This document shows positions 25,901 through 37,600 of a stretch of DNA of 44,627 nucleotides, piece by piece. The stretch is from assembly GCF_018977255.1 (NCBI RefSeq), contig NW_024705438.1, positions 1-44,627 on the forward strand, read 5' to 3'. The DNA comes from Callorhinchus milii (lineage: Eukaryota). The position numbers and the translations under genes are program-made. Position 1 is the stretch's first letter, and each line of letters opens with the position of its first letter. Under the pieces are notes generated by a model that saw nothing but the letters and a program-made list of their open reading frames with translations, had not been told where the DNA came from and did no database searches.

Positions 25901-28900
25901 GAGTTCAGTCACTATATTCATATCAAAACAGCAGGAAATACACAAATAAATGAAACAATAAAATAACACACAAGACCCAAAGCGGTACCGAGCGGATTCC
26001 TGTCACAGCACTGGTCGTGTCCCGCACTGCTCCGCTACCGTTCCCGAGAGATATCTAACACACCTTTGTTTAAAGACACCTTAATATCTCCAGACAAAGC
26101 TGTCATGTTTTAAGAAAAACAACTCCTTATATGGTTCTGTCTACAAAATGTTTCAATTCTCCGTTTAACCACATTATTCTCTCCTGATCAGTCCCTCAGT
26201 CCAGTGTGTAAGTTTGAACAGACATTCGGTCTCCTTGTAGGTCCTGACCGTGTGTTGCCATTGTTTTGGGCTCTGCCTTCAGTCACTGAGATTTGCCGCC
26301 TTTGCACTTCTATTTTATATTCTTCAACCACACTTTAACATTAACCCATTACAACACTGTGTGTATGTCTCTGTGTGTGTGGGTGTGTGTCAGTGCATGT
26401 GATTGTACCTGTGTGTGTGTCTTGTGTGTGTCTGGTTGCGTATCTGTGTGTGTGTGTGTGTGTGTGTCTTTCTGTGTATGTGTGTCTATGAATGTTGTTG
26501 TGAGTGTGTTTTTGTGTGTTTTTGAGTGAGCTGTGTTTTTATGGTGTAGGTGCGATTGTGTGTGTTTGTTTCTGTGTTTCTGTGTGTGTATTTGTGCGCA
26601 TTTGTTTCTGTGTATGTTTGTGTATATGTGTCTGCATTTGTGAGTATGTGTCAGCACCTTGGGACGTCCATCCGACGTGAAAGGCGCTATACAAATATTG
26701 TTGTTGTTGTTATGTGTGTTTGTGTATATTCCTGTGAGTGTGTGCGATTGTGTGTGGTGTTTCCCCCAACTCTTCCCTTCACAAACTGCAGATCATCCAA
26801 AATCTGCAGCTCCTGTACTCCCACACACCAGGCTCCCCGACCCCATCACTCCCAACCTCGCCCGACCCCATCACTCCCACCATCGCCCGACCCCATCACT
26901 CCCACCATCGCCCGACCCCATCACTCCCACCCTCGCCCGACCCCATCACTCCCACCCTCATCCGACCACATCACTCCCACCCTCGCCCGACTCCATCACT
27001 CCCACCCTCGCCCGACCCACGACTCCCACCCTCCGATCACTCCCTCGCCCGACCCCATCACTCCCACCCTCGCCCGACCCCATCACTCCCACCCTCGCCC
27101 GACCCCATCACTCCCGTCCAGCGGGCAGGTTGGTAGGGAGTCAGCAGGTCAGAGAGGGGATGCATGGCTACTCTATGTCTCCCACCCGACCCGCCCTCCC
27201 ATCGGCGGCCGGGATTTCAGCCTCTCTGCCCCCCACACTCTCGAACTCCTTCCCATCGTCACTTCCATTCACTTCTTCCCGGGCCTCCTTCAAGGCCTGT
27301 CTTAAGACCCTTCTTTTTACCGTACCTTTGACCTCCGTCCCACTTCTCTGCCTTTGCCCAACCCTCCCACGCTGATCCCACCACTCAGCCCTTCCCCACC
27401 TCTCCCCCACGCTCGGGCCTCGATCCCCGACTGTTCAGCACTCTGGGATGTCCTCGGGACGTGAAGGGCACTCTGTAATTGGCATTTTATTGATGATCTT
27501 GTGTATTTGGGTTCGAGTTTGTGTTTGTGTGCGTGTATGTGTGTTTTTGGGTGTGTCTGTGTGTTTGAGAATGTGTATGTGTATTTATCTGTGTGTTTTT
27601 GCGTTTGTTTGCGTGAGTGTGCTCAAGTATGCGTTTGTGTGTGATTGTATGTTTTTCTTTGTGTGTGCATTTGTGTGTTTCATTGTGTGTATGTTTGTAC
27701 GTGTATTGGTATGTGTGTGTTTTTATTTGATTTTGTGCTTCTGTTTGTGTTTGTGTGTTTCCATGTGTGTGTGATTGTGTGTGCTATGTTTGTTTGAGTG
27801 TGCATGTGTGTGCGTGTTTGTGAGTTTGTTTTTGTGTGTATTTGTGTGTTTCCTAGTATATATTTGTACGATTATTTGTGTGCATGTTCATGCATGTTTA
27901 TGTATATGGGTGAATTTGTGCTTGTGTGCTTTATTCTGTGTATGTGTTTATGTGTGTGTGTTTGTGTGTTTGTTTCTGTGTGTGTGCGATTGTGTGCGAT
28001 TGTGTATTGTTGTGTTTGTTTGTATGTGTATGTGTGGATAAGTTTCTGTGTCTGTGATTTGTGTGGGTGGGAGTTTGTGCGTGTAATTTTGTGTTTGTAT
28101 TTGTGTGTGTGTTTGTGTGCATGTGTGTGTATGTGTCTTTGTGTTTGCGTTTCTGTGTGTATATGTGTTTCTGTTTTGTGTGTCTCTTTGTATTTATTTC
28201 AGTTTTTATGTGTGTTTGTATGTTTGTGTGTTGTGTTTGTTTGTGTGTACATGTGCGTGCGTGTTTGTTTGTGTGTTTCTGTGTGTGTGTATTTGTGTGT
28301 TTTTCTGAGCATGTTTATGTATGTTTGCTTGTGTTTATTTCTGTGTTTATGTGTGTTTACGTATGTGCGTTTGCATATGTTTGTGTGTGCGTTTTTGTGC
28401 GTGTCTGTGTGTTTGTTTGTGTGTGTTTCTCTGGGTGTGGGGGATTGTGTGCGTTTGTGTGTCTGTGTGCTTGTTTGTGTGTTTCTGTGTGTATTTTCGT
28501 TCGTATTTGTTTGCGTAGGTGGGTTTGTGTGTGTGCGTTTATTTGTGTGCATGTGTGTTTATGTGTGTTTCTATATGTCTGTGTATATCTCAATGTGTCT
28601 GTGTGTGTGTCCATGTTTGTGCGTCTGTCTGTGTGTGCTTGGGTGTCTGTGTCTGTTTGTGTGTATTTGTATGTGGGTCATGTGTTTATATGTGTGTGTG
28701 AGTAAGAGTATATCTTACGTTTCTGTGTTGGTGTGTATCCTGGTATGTTTTTCTGTGTGTGTTTGTGTGTGGGTGTTTTGTGTGTGTGTGTTTGCGTATG
28801 TTTGTCTGCGTGAATCTATGTATGTGTTTTTATGTCTGTGTTTGCATTTGATTTTGTGTTTCTTTGTTTGTGTGTTTTTGATTGTGTGTCTGTTTGTCTT

Positions 28901-30667
28901 TGTGTATATTTCTATGTGTATGTGTGTGATTGTGTGTTGTTTTTCTGTGTGTGCGTATTTGTGAGTTTGTTTTTGTGTGTCTTTGTTTGTGTGTTTCTGT
29001 GTGTATTTGTGCGTGTGTTTTCGCGTGTATGGTTATGTATGTTTGTGTATGTCTGTGTATGTGTATTTGTGTGTGTACTTGTGTGATTTTTTCTGTGTGT
29101 GTGTGTTTACGTGTATGTTTGCGTGTGTTTGTGTGTGTCCGTTTGTTTGTGTATCTGTGTGTGTGTGTGTTGCATGAGTGTGTTTGCGTGTGTGTCTGTG
29201 TGTGTGTGTGTACTTGTCTGTGGGTCATGTGTTTGTGTGTGTATGTATGTATTTATGTGTGTGTGTTTGTGTGCCATTTTGTTTATGTTTGTATGTGTGC
29301 TTGTGTGAGTGATTGTGCTTATGTTTGCGTTTAAGTGTGTGTGTTGGTGTATGTTCGATTTTGTGTGGATGATGTTTTGAGTGCTTTTGTGATTGTTTGT
29401 GTGTGTTTGTGTGTTTCTGTGTGTGCGTGTGAGTTTGTGTGTGTGTATATTTGTGTGTGTTTGTGTTTACCTATGTATGTCTATTTATATGTGTGTTTGT
29501 TTGTACATGATGAGCTTCTGTTTGTGATTGTGTGTTTTTGAGTGTGTCTTTATGTGCGTTTGTATGTTTGTGGGTGTTTGTGTGTGCGTGTTTGTCAGTC
29601 TGGTTTTGTGTACGTTTGTTGGGTTATGTGTTTCTGTGTGTGTATATTTGTATGTGTGTGTGAATGTTTATGTATGTTTGTGTGTGTATGCGTGTTTGTG
29701 CGTGAGCGTGTTTTTTTTCTGTGTGTGTGTTTGCGTGTGGTTGTGTTTGTGTGCATATGTGTGTGCGTTTGTGTGAATGATTGATTGTTTGTGTGTGTGT
29801 TTGTGTTTGCTTGTGTGAGTTTCTGTGTGTGTCTTTGCGTACGTATGTGTTTGCGTGGGTGAGTTTTTGGGTGTGATTGTGTATGTCTCTGTGTGAGCGC
29901 GTTTGTGTGAGAGTGGTTGTGTGTTTGTTTGTCTGCGTGTGTGAGTGTGTGTATTTATGTGTGTATGTGTGTGTCTGTGTGCGCGTCTCTCTGTTTATGT
30001 GACTCTGTCTGTGTGTGTTTGTGTGTATTTTTCTGTGGATCATGTGTTTGTGTGTATTTGTGTGTGTGAGAGTAAGTGTGTATCTGCGGCGATGTTTTTG
30101 TCTGTGTTTGTGTGTGTGTGTGTGTGTGTGTTTGTGTGTATGAACTCCTACAACCTGTCCGGCATCAAACAAACTGTGAGTGACAGTGGGTTATACACTG
30201 TGTTTACTCTGATCCCTGTCATGTCTCTGTGTCTCTGATCTCCAGGTTGGACAGTAACAGACTGACCGATGGCTGCACTGATGCTCTGGTCTCCGCTCTC
30301 AGTACAAACCGCTCACTGAGGTTCCTGGACCTGAGGTCTAACTCCTTCACAGACGGCTCTGTCTCCGCTCTCCGCCGCCTCATACAGACCTGCACCAGTC
30401 TGGAGGGTATATGGTGAGTGTTTGTGTCAGTGTTTAATGTGATAAACACACAGAGAAAGGGCTGTGTATCAGAATGGGAACAGTTTGAAGGGATTTATTT
30501 GTTCATTAAACTGCGACACGAACAGTTTACAGTTTGTACCATTATCCCGTGGGTTTATTTCCTGTTTAATGTGTTTCAGGCTGTGGGGGAATGGGTTCAG
30601 TTCAGACGGAGCGAAACAGCTGAAGTCACTGCGGGGAATCAGAGCTGAGCTGTCAGTGAGAGTGTGA
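7837..30667 (+). CDS. NLR (NACHT-LRR, NLRP3/NLRC3-like) immune receptor, 8 coding exons: join(7837..7984,13500..13660,16755..16926,18863..18928,19640..21350,25552..25638,30246..30413,30580..30667), 866 aa
   Basis: All introns are GT-AG with matching phases (1,0,1,1,2,2,2). The summed length of 2601 nt gives an open frame ending in TGA at 30665-30667. NACHT motifs [25 protein letters not shown] and FPHLTVQEF are present, followed by RI-type LRR exons. Confidence 0.88.
8265..8765 (-). mobile_element. Degenerate CR1 LINE 3' fragment
   Basis: Resembles the reverse complement of the CR1 RT C-terminus (cagaactgtatacagtactctaagtacagtctcacc). Confidence 0.7.
8930..13335 (-). mobile_element. Long degenerate CR1 LINE (ORF1 esterase remnant to 3' end), interrupted by an L2 and a short CR1 3' end at about 12260-12400
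   Basis: 13015-13311 encodes [10 protein letters not shown]...[13 protein letters not shown] (SGNH esterase of CR1 ORF1); RT remnants QGSALG and [18 protein letters not shown]; 3' end near 8930. Confidence 0.8.
10261..11295 (-). mobile_element. 5'-truncated young L2-clade LINE (RT C-terminus)
   Basis: 294-aa ORF with [41 protein letters not shown] and [14 protein letters not shown]; (TTG)n tail. Confidence 0.92.
13500..13660 (+). CDS. NLR exon 2, first half of helical CARD-like domain ([31 protein letters not shown]...GREFA)
   Basis: tattgtcag|AT ... GCG|gtaggt, phase 1-0; amphipathic helical sequence. Confidence 0.75.
14603..15587 (+). mobile_element. 5'-truncated CR1 LINE (RT, with stop/frameshifts)
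   Basis: [41 protein letters not shown]; 3' end gggccgaatggc..actcc..tcttatgt repeats. Confidence 0.92.
16755..16926 (+). CDS. NLR exon 3, second half of CARD-like domain ([22 protein letters not shown]...VMWEAFVKM...LREIQEKG)
   Basis: ttcctacag|CAA ... AAG G|gtagga, phase 0-1; CARD-like ASRYLLDLV pattern. Confidence 0.8.
17330..17970 (-). mobile_element. Degenerate CR1 LINE 3' fragment
   Basis: Translation [36 protein letters not shown]. Confidence 0.8.
18233..18570 (-). mobile_element. Degenerate L2 3' fragment
   Basis: (CAA)n cttgtatttataaagc tail and G-rich body resembling 10261-10700. Confidence 0.6.
18863..18928 (+). CDS. NLR exon 4, 66-nt linker ([22 protein letters not shown])
   Basis: ttttcag|GT ... 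AGA G|gtaagt; symmetric phase 1-1 and open. Confidence 0.75.
19160..19490 (+). mobile_element. Deu-type SINE, 5'-truncated
   Basis: ttccttactccacac, core gctgtttgtgggatactgctgtgcgcagttggctgccgcgtt, L2-like tail. Confidence 0.8.
19640..21350 (+). CDS. NLR exon 5: FISNA-like + NACHT + winged helix/HD2 + first LRR
   Basis: ttttaag|AT GTT CAG ... CTC AG|gtttgt. Motifs: [12 protein letters not shown] (FISNA-like), Walker A GIAGIGKT (19921-19944), Walker [53 protein letters not shown]. Confidence 0.95.
22038..22347 (-). mobile_element. tRNA-derived Deu-type SINE with L2 tail
   Basis: Same family as 3632-3947; (TAA)n tail; tRNA-like head. Confidence 0.88.
22540..22890 (+). repeat. Polypurine GGA/GGAA-rich tract
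   Basis: Almost entirely G and A. Confidence 0.8.
23194..23296 (+). mobile_element. SINE 5' (tRNA-like) head fragment
   Basis: gagtcctgtagctcagtggttagagc...ttccttactccac. Confidence 0.75.
23370..25405 (+). repeat. GA/GACT-rich low-complexity tract with a recurring ~35-bp AT-rich motif
   Basis: Degenerate (GA)n punctuated by tattataacgtgtagtgactgtgttttgtgggagag-like islands. Confidence 0.9.
25552..25638 (+). CDS. NLR exon 6, 87-nt LRR ([28 protein letters not shown])
   Basis: gtgtccag|T ... GA|gtaagt, phase 2-2; RI-type LRR consensus. Confidence 0.9.
26760..27490 (+). mobile_element. L2 3' fragment containing an expanded minisatellite
   Basis: LHKLQIIQN and HITPTLA coding remnants; tail gggatgtcctcgggacgtgaagggcactctgtaa. 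Confidence 0.75.
26836..27116 (+). repeat. 25-bp minisatellite CCCGACCCCATCACTCCCACCCTCG, about 11 copies
   Basis: Direct tandem repeats visible in the sequence. Confidence 0.95.
27495..30140 (+). repeat. Degenerate (GT/TTTG)n low-complexity intron tract
   Basis: G+T dominated; source of the Cys/Val-rich pseudo-ORFs. Confidence 0.95.
30246..30413 (+). CDS. NLR exon 7, 168-nt double LRR ([36 protein letters not shown]...)
   Basis: tctccag|G ... TG|gtgagt, phase 2-2; LRR consensus. Confidence 0.9.
30580..30667 (+). CDS. NLR terminal exon ([28 protein letters not shown])
   Basis: gtgtttcag|G CTG TGG GGG AAT, phase 2; capping LRR followed by TGA. Confidence 0.88.
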
Positions 30668-30741
30668 CACTGACTGAGGCAGTGACTGTCCACACAGTCT
30701 GTGTAATATGGAATATATTCTGGACACTGTAGTGACTGATT

Positions 30742-30747
30742 ATTAAA
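30742..30747 (+). promoter_or_regulatory. Candidate polyadenylation signal ATTAAA
   Basis: Variant hexamer about 75 nt after the stop codon. Confidence 0.35.
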
Positions 30748-30996
30748 GATGTTGATCCTGATTCCTCTCCCATCTCTGCTCTGGGGACCGTTATTGACAC
30801 ACACCGCCTACGGCCGTGCGGGCGGCTGGAGAGCCCCGACCCTCAGTCACTGCTAAACTGCTGTAAGCGACCACAACTGATGCACTTTCTCTCACAGTCT
30901 CTCTCTCACTCTCTCTCTGTGTGTGTCAGTCTCTCTCAGTTTATATATTTCCGTCTCTATTTCTTTCTCTTTCATTGTCTTTATTAGTCTCCGTCT

Positions 30997-31036
<40 letters not shown>

Positions 31037-31071
31037 CTCAGTCAGTGCGTGTCTATGAGATAGTGGGCGAC

Positions 31072-31648
31072 AGAGCAGTCAATCTGTGTCTGTGTGTGAG
31101 AGAGCGGTCAGTGTGTGTGTGAGCAGTCAGTGTGTTTGTGAGTAGTCAATGTGTGTGTGTGAGTAGTCAGTGTGTGTGTGTGTGAGTGTGTGTGTGAGAG
31201 AGAGCAGTAAGTGTGTGTGTGTGAGAGCAGTCAGTGTGTGTGTGTGTGAGCAGTCAGTGTGTTTGTGAGTATTCAATGTGTGTGTGTGAGTAGTCAGTGT
31301 GTGTGTGTGTGTGTGTGAGAGAGAGCAGTCAGTATGTGTGTGAGTAGTCAGTGTGTGTGTATGTGAGAGAGCAGTCAGTGTGTGTGTGAGAGCAGTCAGT
31401 GTGTGTGTGAGAGCAGTCAGTGTGTGTGTGTGAGAGAGCAGTCACTGTGTGTGTGTGTGTGTGTGAGAGAGAGAGCAGTCAGTATGTGTGTGAGTAGTCA
31501 GTCTCTGTGTGTGTGTGTGTGAGAGAGCAGTCAGTGAGTGTGTGAGTAGTCTGTGTGTGTGTATGTGAGAGAGCAGTCAGTGTGTGTGTGAGAGCAGTCA
31601 GTGTGTGTGAGAGCAGTCAGTGTGTGTGTGTGTGAGAGAGACCAGTCA

Positions 31649-31681
<33 letters not shown>

Positions 31682-34600
31682 CAGTCAGTATGTGTGTATG
31701 TGTGTGCGTGTGGGGAGAGAGCAGTGTGTGTGCATGTGTGTGTACGTGTGTGTGAGAGCAGTCAGTGTGTGTGTGAGAGCAGTCAGTGTGTGTGTGAGCA
31801 GTCAGTGAGTGTGTGTGTGTGAGAGCAGTCAGTGTGTGTGTACGTGTGTGTGAGAGCAGTCAGTGTGTGTGGGTGTGAGAGCAGTCAGTGTGTGCATGTG
31901 AGAGCAGTCAGTGTGTGTGTGTGTGTGAGAGAGAGCGGTCAGTCTGTGTGTGAGTGTGTGAGAGAGCATTCAGTGTGTGTGTATGAGAGCAATCAGTGTG
32001 TGTGTGTGAGTGTGAGAGCACTCAGTGTGTGTGTGTGAGAGCAGTCAGTGTGTGTGTGTGAGAGAGCAGTCAGTGTGTGTGTGTGAGAGTAGTCAGTGTG
32101 TGTGTGTGTGTGAGCAGTCAGTGTGTGTGTAGGAGAGAGAGAGCAGTCAGTGTGTGTGTGTGAGCAGTCAGTCTGTGTGTGAGAGAGAGAGCAGTCAGTA
32201 TGTGTGTATGTGTGTGCGTGTGTGAGAGCAGTCAGTGTGTGTGTGAGAGCAGTCAGTGTGTGTGTGTGTGTGTGAGAGAGAGAGCAGTCAGTGTGTGTGT
32301 GTGAGAGCAGTCAGTGTGTGCGTGTGTGAGAGAGCGGTCAGTGTGTGTGTGAGTGTGTGCGAGCAGTCAGTGTGTGTGTGGGTGTGTGTGTGTGAGAGAG
32401 AGAGCAGTCAGTGGGTGTGTGTGAGAGCAGTCAGTGTGTGTGTGTGAGTGAGCAGTCAATGTGTGTGTGTAGGAGAGCAGTCAGTGTGTGTGTGTGAGAG
32501 AGAGCAGTCAGTGTGTTTGTGTGTGTGTGTGAGAGAGCAGTCAGTGTGTGTGTGTGAGAGCAGTCAGTGTGTGTGAGCAGTCAGTCTGTGTGTGAGAGAG
32601 AGAGCAGTCAGTATGTGTGTATGTGTGTGCGTGTGGGGGGGAGCAGTGTGTGTGTGTGAGAGCAGTCAGTGTGTGTGTGTGTGAGAGCAGTCAGTGTGTG
32701 TGTGTACGTGTGTGTGAGAGCAGTCAGTGTGTGTGTGTGAGAGCAGTCAGTGTGTGTGTGTGAGAGCAGTCAGTGTGTGCGTGTGTGAGAGAGCGGTCAG
32801 TGTGTGTGTGAGTGTGTGCGAGCAGTCAGTGTGTGTGTGGGTGTGTGTGTGTGAGAGAGAGCAGTCAGTGTGTGTGTGTGAGTGAGCAGTCAATGTGTGT
32901 GTGTAGGAGAGCAGTCAGTGTGTGTGTGTGAGAGAGAGCAGTCAGTGTGTTTGTGTGTGTGTGTGAGAGAGCAGTCAGTGTGTGTGTGTGAGCAGTCAGT
33001 CTGTGTGTGTGTGTGAGAGAGCAGTCAGTCTGTGTGTGTGTGTGAGAGAGCAGTCAGTCAGTGTGTGTGTGTGAGAGAGAGCAGTCAGTGTGTGTGTGTG
33101 AGAGCAGTCAGTATGTGTGTATGTGTGTGCGTGTGGGGGGAGAGCAGTGTGTGTGTGTACGTGTGTGTGAGAGCAGTCAGTATATGTGTGTGTGTGAGCA
33201 GTCAGTGTGTGTGTGTGTGTGTGAGAGCAGTCAGTGTATGTGTGTGAGAGAGAGCAGTCAGTGTGTGTGTGTGAGAGCAGTCAGTGTATGTGTGTGAGAG
33301 AGAGCAGTCAGTGTGTGTGTGTGTGTGAGCAGTCAGTGTGTGTGTGTGTGAGAGCAATCAGTGTGTGTGTGAGAGCAGTCAGTGTGTGTGTGTGAGAGAG
33401 CAGTAAGTGTGTGTGTGTGTGTGAGAGAGCAGTCAGTGTGTGTGTGTGAGAGCAGTCAGTGTGTGTGTGTGAGAGCAGTCAGTGTGTGTGTGTGTGAGAG
33501 AGCAGTCAGTGTGTGTGTGTGTGTGAGAGAGCGGTCAATGTGTGTGTGTGAGAGAGAGCAGTCAGTGTGTGTGAGAGAGCAGTCAGTGTGTGTGTGAGTA
33601 GTCTGTGTGTGTGTGTGTGTTTGTGAGAGTGAGAGCAGTCAGTGTGTGTGTATATGAGAGCAGTCAGTGTGTGTGTGTACGTGTGTGTGAGAGCAGTCAG
33701 TGTGTGTGTGTGAGAGAGCAGTCAGTGTGTGTGTGTGAGAGCAGTCAGTGTGTGCGTGTGTGAGAGAGCAGTCAGTGTGTGTGTGAGTGTGTGCGAGCAG
33801 TCAGTGTGTGTGTGGGTGTGTGTGTGTGAGAGAGAGCAGTCAGTGTGTGTGTGTGAGTGAGCAGTCAATGTGTGTGTGTAGGAGAGCAGTCAGTGTGTGT
33901 GTGTGAGAGAGAGCAGTCAGTGTGTTTGTGTGTGTGTGTGAGAGAGCAGTCAGTGTGTGTGTGTGAGCAGTCAGTCTGTGTGTGTGTGTGAGAGAGCAGT
34001 CAGTCTGTGTGTGTGTGTGAGAGAGCAGTCAGTCAGTGTGTGTGTGTGAGAGAGAGCAGTCAGTGTGTGTGTGTGAGAGCAGTCAGTATGTGTGTATGTG
34101 TGTGCGTGTGGGGGGAGAGCAGTGTGTGTGTGTACGTGTGTGTGAGAGCAGTCAGTGTATGTGTGTGTGTGAGCAGTCAGTGTGTGTGTGTGTGTGTGAG
34201 AGCAGTCAGTGTATGTGTGTGAGAGAGAGCAGTCAGTGTGTGTGTGTGAGAGCAGTCAGTGTGTGTGTGTGAGAGAGAGCAGTCAGTGTGTGTGTGTGTG
34301 TGAGCAGTCAGTGTGTGTGTGTGTGAGAGCAATCAGTGTGTGTGTGAGAGCAGTCAGTGTGTGTGTGTGTGAGAGAGCAGTAAGTGTGTGTGTGTGTGTG
34401 AGAGAGCAGTCAGTGTGTGTGTGTGAGAGCAGTCAGTGTGTGTGTGTGAGAGCAGTCAGTGTGTGTGTGTGTGAGAGAGCAGTCAGTGTGTGTGTGTGTG
34501 TGAGAGAGCGGTCAATGTGTGTGTGTGTGAGAGAGAGCAGTCAGTGTGTGTGAGAGAGCAGTCAGTGTGTGTGTGAGTAGTCTGTGTGTGTGTGTGTGTT

Positions 34601-37600
34601 TGTGAGAGTGAGAGCAGTCAGTGTGTGTGAGAGAGCAGTCAGTAAGTGTGTGAGTGAGAGCAGTCAGTGTGTGTGAGAGAGCAGTCAGTAAGTGTGTGTG
34701 TGTGAGAGACCAGTCAGTGTGTGTGTGTGAGAGAGAGAGCAGTCAGTGTGTGTGTGTGAGAGAGCAGTCAGTGTGTGTGTGTGTGAGAGCAGTCAGTGTG
34801 TGTGTGTGTGAGAGCAGTCAGTGTGTGTGTGTGTATGAGAGAGCAGTCAGTGTGTGTGAGAGCAGTCAGTGTGTGTATGTGTGTGTGTGAGAGCAGTCAG
34901 TGTGTGTGTGTGAGCAGTCAGTCTGTGTGTGTGTGTGGGAGAGAGCAGTCAGTGTGTGTGTGTGAGAGCAGTCAGTGTGTGTGTGTGTGTGTGTGTGAGC
35001 AGTCAGTGTGTGTGTGTGGGAGAGCAGTCAGTGTGTGTGTGTGTGTGAGAGCAGTCAGTGTGTGTGTATACGTGTGTGTGAGAGTGTGTGTGTGTGTGAG
35101 AGAGCAGTCAGTGTGTGTGTGTGTGAGAGCAGTCAGTGTGTGTGTGTGTGAGAAAGAGCAGTCAGTGTGTGTGTGTGAGAAAGAGCAGTCAGTGTGTGTG
35201 TGTGAGAGAGAGCAGTCAGTGTGTGTGTGTGTGAGAGCAGTCAGTGTGTGTGAGAGCAGTTAGTGTGTGTGTGTGAGAGCAGTCAGTGTGTGTGTGTGTG
35301 TGAGAGAGCAGTCAGTGTGTGTGTATGAGAGAGCAGTGAGTGTGTGTGAGAGCAGTCAGTGTGTGTGTGTGTGAGAGAGCAATCAGTGTGTGTGTGTGTG
35401 TGTGTGAGAGAGCAATCAGTGTGTGTGTGTGTGTGTGAGAACAGTCAGTGTGTGTGTGAGAGAGCAGTCAGTGTGTGTGTGTGAGAGAGCAGTCAGTAAG
35501 TGTGTGAGTGAGAGCAGTCAGTGTGTGTGAGAGAGCAGTCAGTAAGTGTGTGTGTGTGAGAGCAGTCAGTGTGTGTGTGAGAGAGAGAGCAGTCAGTGTG
35601 TGTGTGTGAGAGAGCAGTCAGTGTGTGTGTGTGTGTGTGAGAGCAGTCAGTGTGTGTGTGTGTGAGAGCAGTCAGTGTGTGTGTGTGTATGAGAGAGCAG
35701 TCAGTGTGTGTGAGAGCAGTCAGTGTGTGTATGTGTGTGTGTGAGCAGTCAGTGTGTGTGTGTGGGAGAGCAGTCAGTGTGTGTGTGTGAGCAGTCAGTC
35801 TGTGTGTGTGTGTGTGAGAGAGCAGTCAGTGTGTGTGTGTGGGAGAGCAGTCAGTGTGTGTGTGTGTGTGAGAGAGAGCAGTCAGTGTGTGTGTGTGAGC
35901 AGTCAGTGTGTGTGTGTGTGAGAGAGCAGTCAGTGTGTGTGTGTGAGAAAGAGCAGTCAGTGTGTGTGTGTGAGAGAGAGCAGTCAGTGTGTGTGTGTGT
36001 GAGAGCAGTCAATGTGTGTGTGTGTGTGAGAGAGCAGTCAGTGTGTGTGTGAGAGAGCAGTGAGTGTGTGTGAGAGCAGTCAGTGTGTGTGTGTGTGAGA
36101 GCAGTCAGTGTGTGTGTAGGTGTGTGTGTAAGCAGTCAGTGTGTGTGTGTGAGAGAGCAGTTAGTGTGTGTGTGGGAGAGCAGTCAGTGTGTGTGTGTGA
36201 GCAGTCAGTCTGTGTGTGTGTGTGGGAGAGAGCAGTCAGTGTGTGTGTGTGTGAGAGAGCAGTCAGTGTGTGTGTGTGAGAGAGCAGTCAGTGTGTGTGT
36301 GTGTGAGAGAGAGCAGTCAGTGTGTGTGTGAGAGAGAGCAGTCAGTGTGTGTGTGTGAGAAAGAGCAGTCAGTGTGTGTGTGTGAGAGAGAGCAGTCAGT
36401 GTGTGTGTGTGTGAGAGCAGTCAATGTGTGTGTGTGTGTGAGAGCAGTCAGTGTGTGTGTATGAGAGAGCAGTGAGTGTGTGTGAGAGCAGTCAGTGTGT
36501 GTGTGTGTGAGAGAGCAATCAGTGTGTGTGTGTGTGTGTGTGAGAGAGCAATCAGTGTGTGTGTGTGTGTGTGTGTGAACAGTGTGTGTGTGTGAGAGAG
36601 AGCAGTCAGTGTGTGTGTGTGTGAGAGAGAGCAGTCAGTAATTGTGTGTGTTAGAGAGCATTCAGTGTGTGTGTGTGGGAGAGCAGTCAATGTGTGTGAG
36701 AGAGCAGTCGGTGTGTGTGTGTGTGTGAGAGCAGTCAGTGTGTGTGTGTGAGAGAGCAGTCAGTGTGTGTGAGAGCAGTCAGTGTGTGTGTGAGAGAGCA
36801 GTCAGTGTGTGTGAGAGCATTCAGTGTGTGTGTGTGTGAGAGCAATCAGTGTGTGTGTTTGGGAGCAGTCAGTGTGTGAGAGCAGTCAGTGTGTGTGAGA
36901 GCAGTCAGTGTTTGTGTGTGTGTGAGAGCAATCAGTGTGTGTGTGGGAGAGCAGTCAGTGTGTGTGTGTGTGAGAGAGAGCAGTCAGTGTGTGTGTGTGT
37001 GAGAGCAGTCAGTGTGTGTGAGAGAGCAGTAAGTGTGTGTTTGGGAGAGCAGTCAGTGTGTGTGTGTGTGAGAGAGAGCAGTCAGTGTGTGTGTGTGAGA
37101 GAGAGCAGTCAATGTCTGTGTGTGTGTGTGAGAGCAGTCAGTGTGTGTGTGTGAGAGAGCAATCAGTGTGTGTGTGAGAAAAAGCAGACTGTGTGTGTGT
37201 GAGAGAGAGCAGTCAGTATGTGTGTATGTGTGTGTGAGAGAGAGCAGTCAGTGTGTATGTGTGTGAGAGCAGTCAATATGTGTGTGTTAGCGGTCAGTGT
37301 GTGTGTGTGTGTGTGTGAGAGCAGTCAGTGTGTGTGTGTGTGTGAGAAAGAGCAGTCAGTGTGTGTGTGTGTGTGTATGAGAGAGCAGTCATTGTGTGTG
37401 TGAGAGCAGTCAGTGTGTGTGTGTGTGTGTGTGGGAGAGCAGTCAGTGTGTGTGTGTGTGAGAGCAGTCAGTGTGTGTGTGTGTGTGTGTGTGTGAGAGC
37501 AGTCAGTGTGTGTGTGTGAGAGCAGTCAGTGTGTGTGTGTGAGAGCAGTCAGTGTGTGTGAGAGCGGTCAGTGTGTGTGTTTGTGTGAGAGAGAGCAGTC

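Noticed and set aside
7837..30667. Assigning the symbol NLRP3 or NLRC3
   Set aside because: No PYD is evident and orthology cannot be established by eye; it is probably a lineage-specific expanded NLR.
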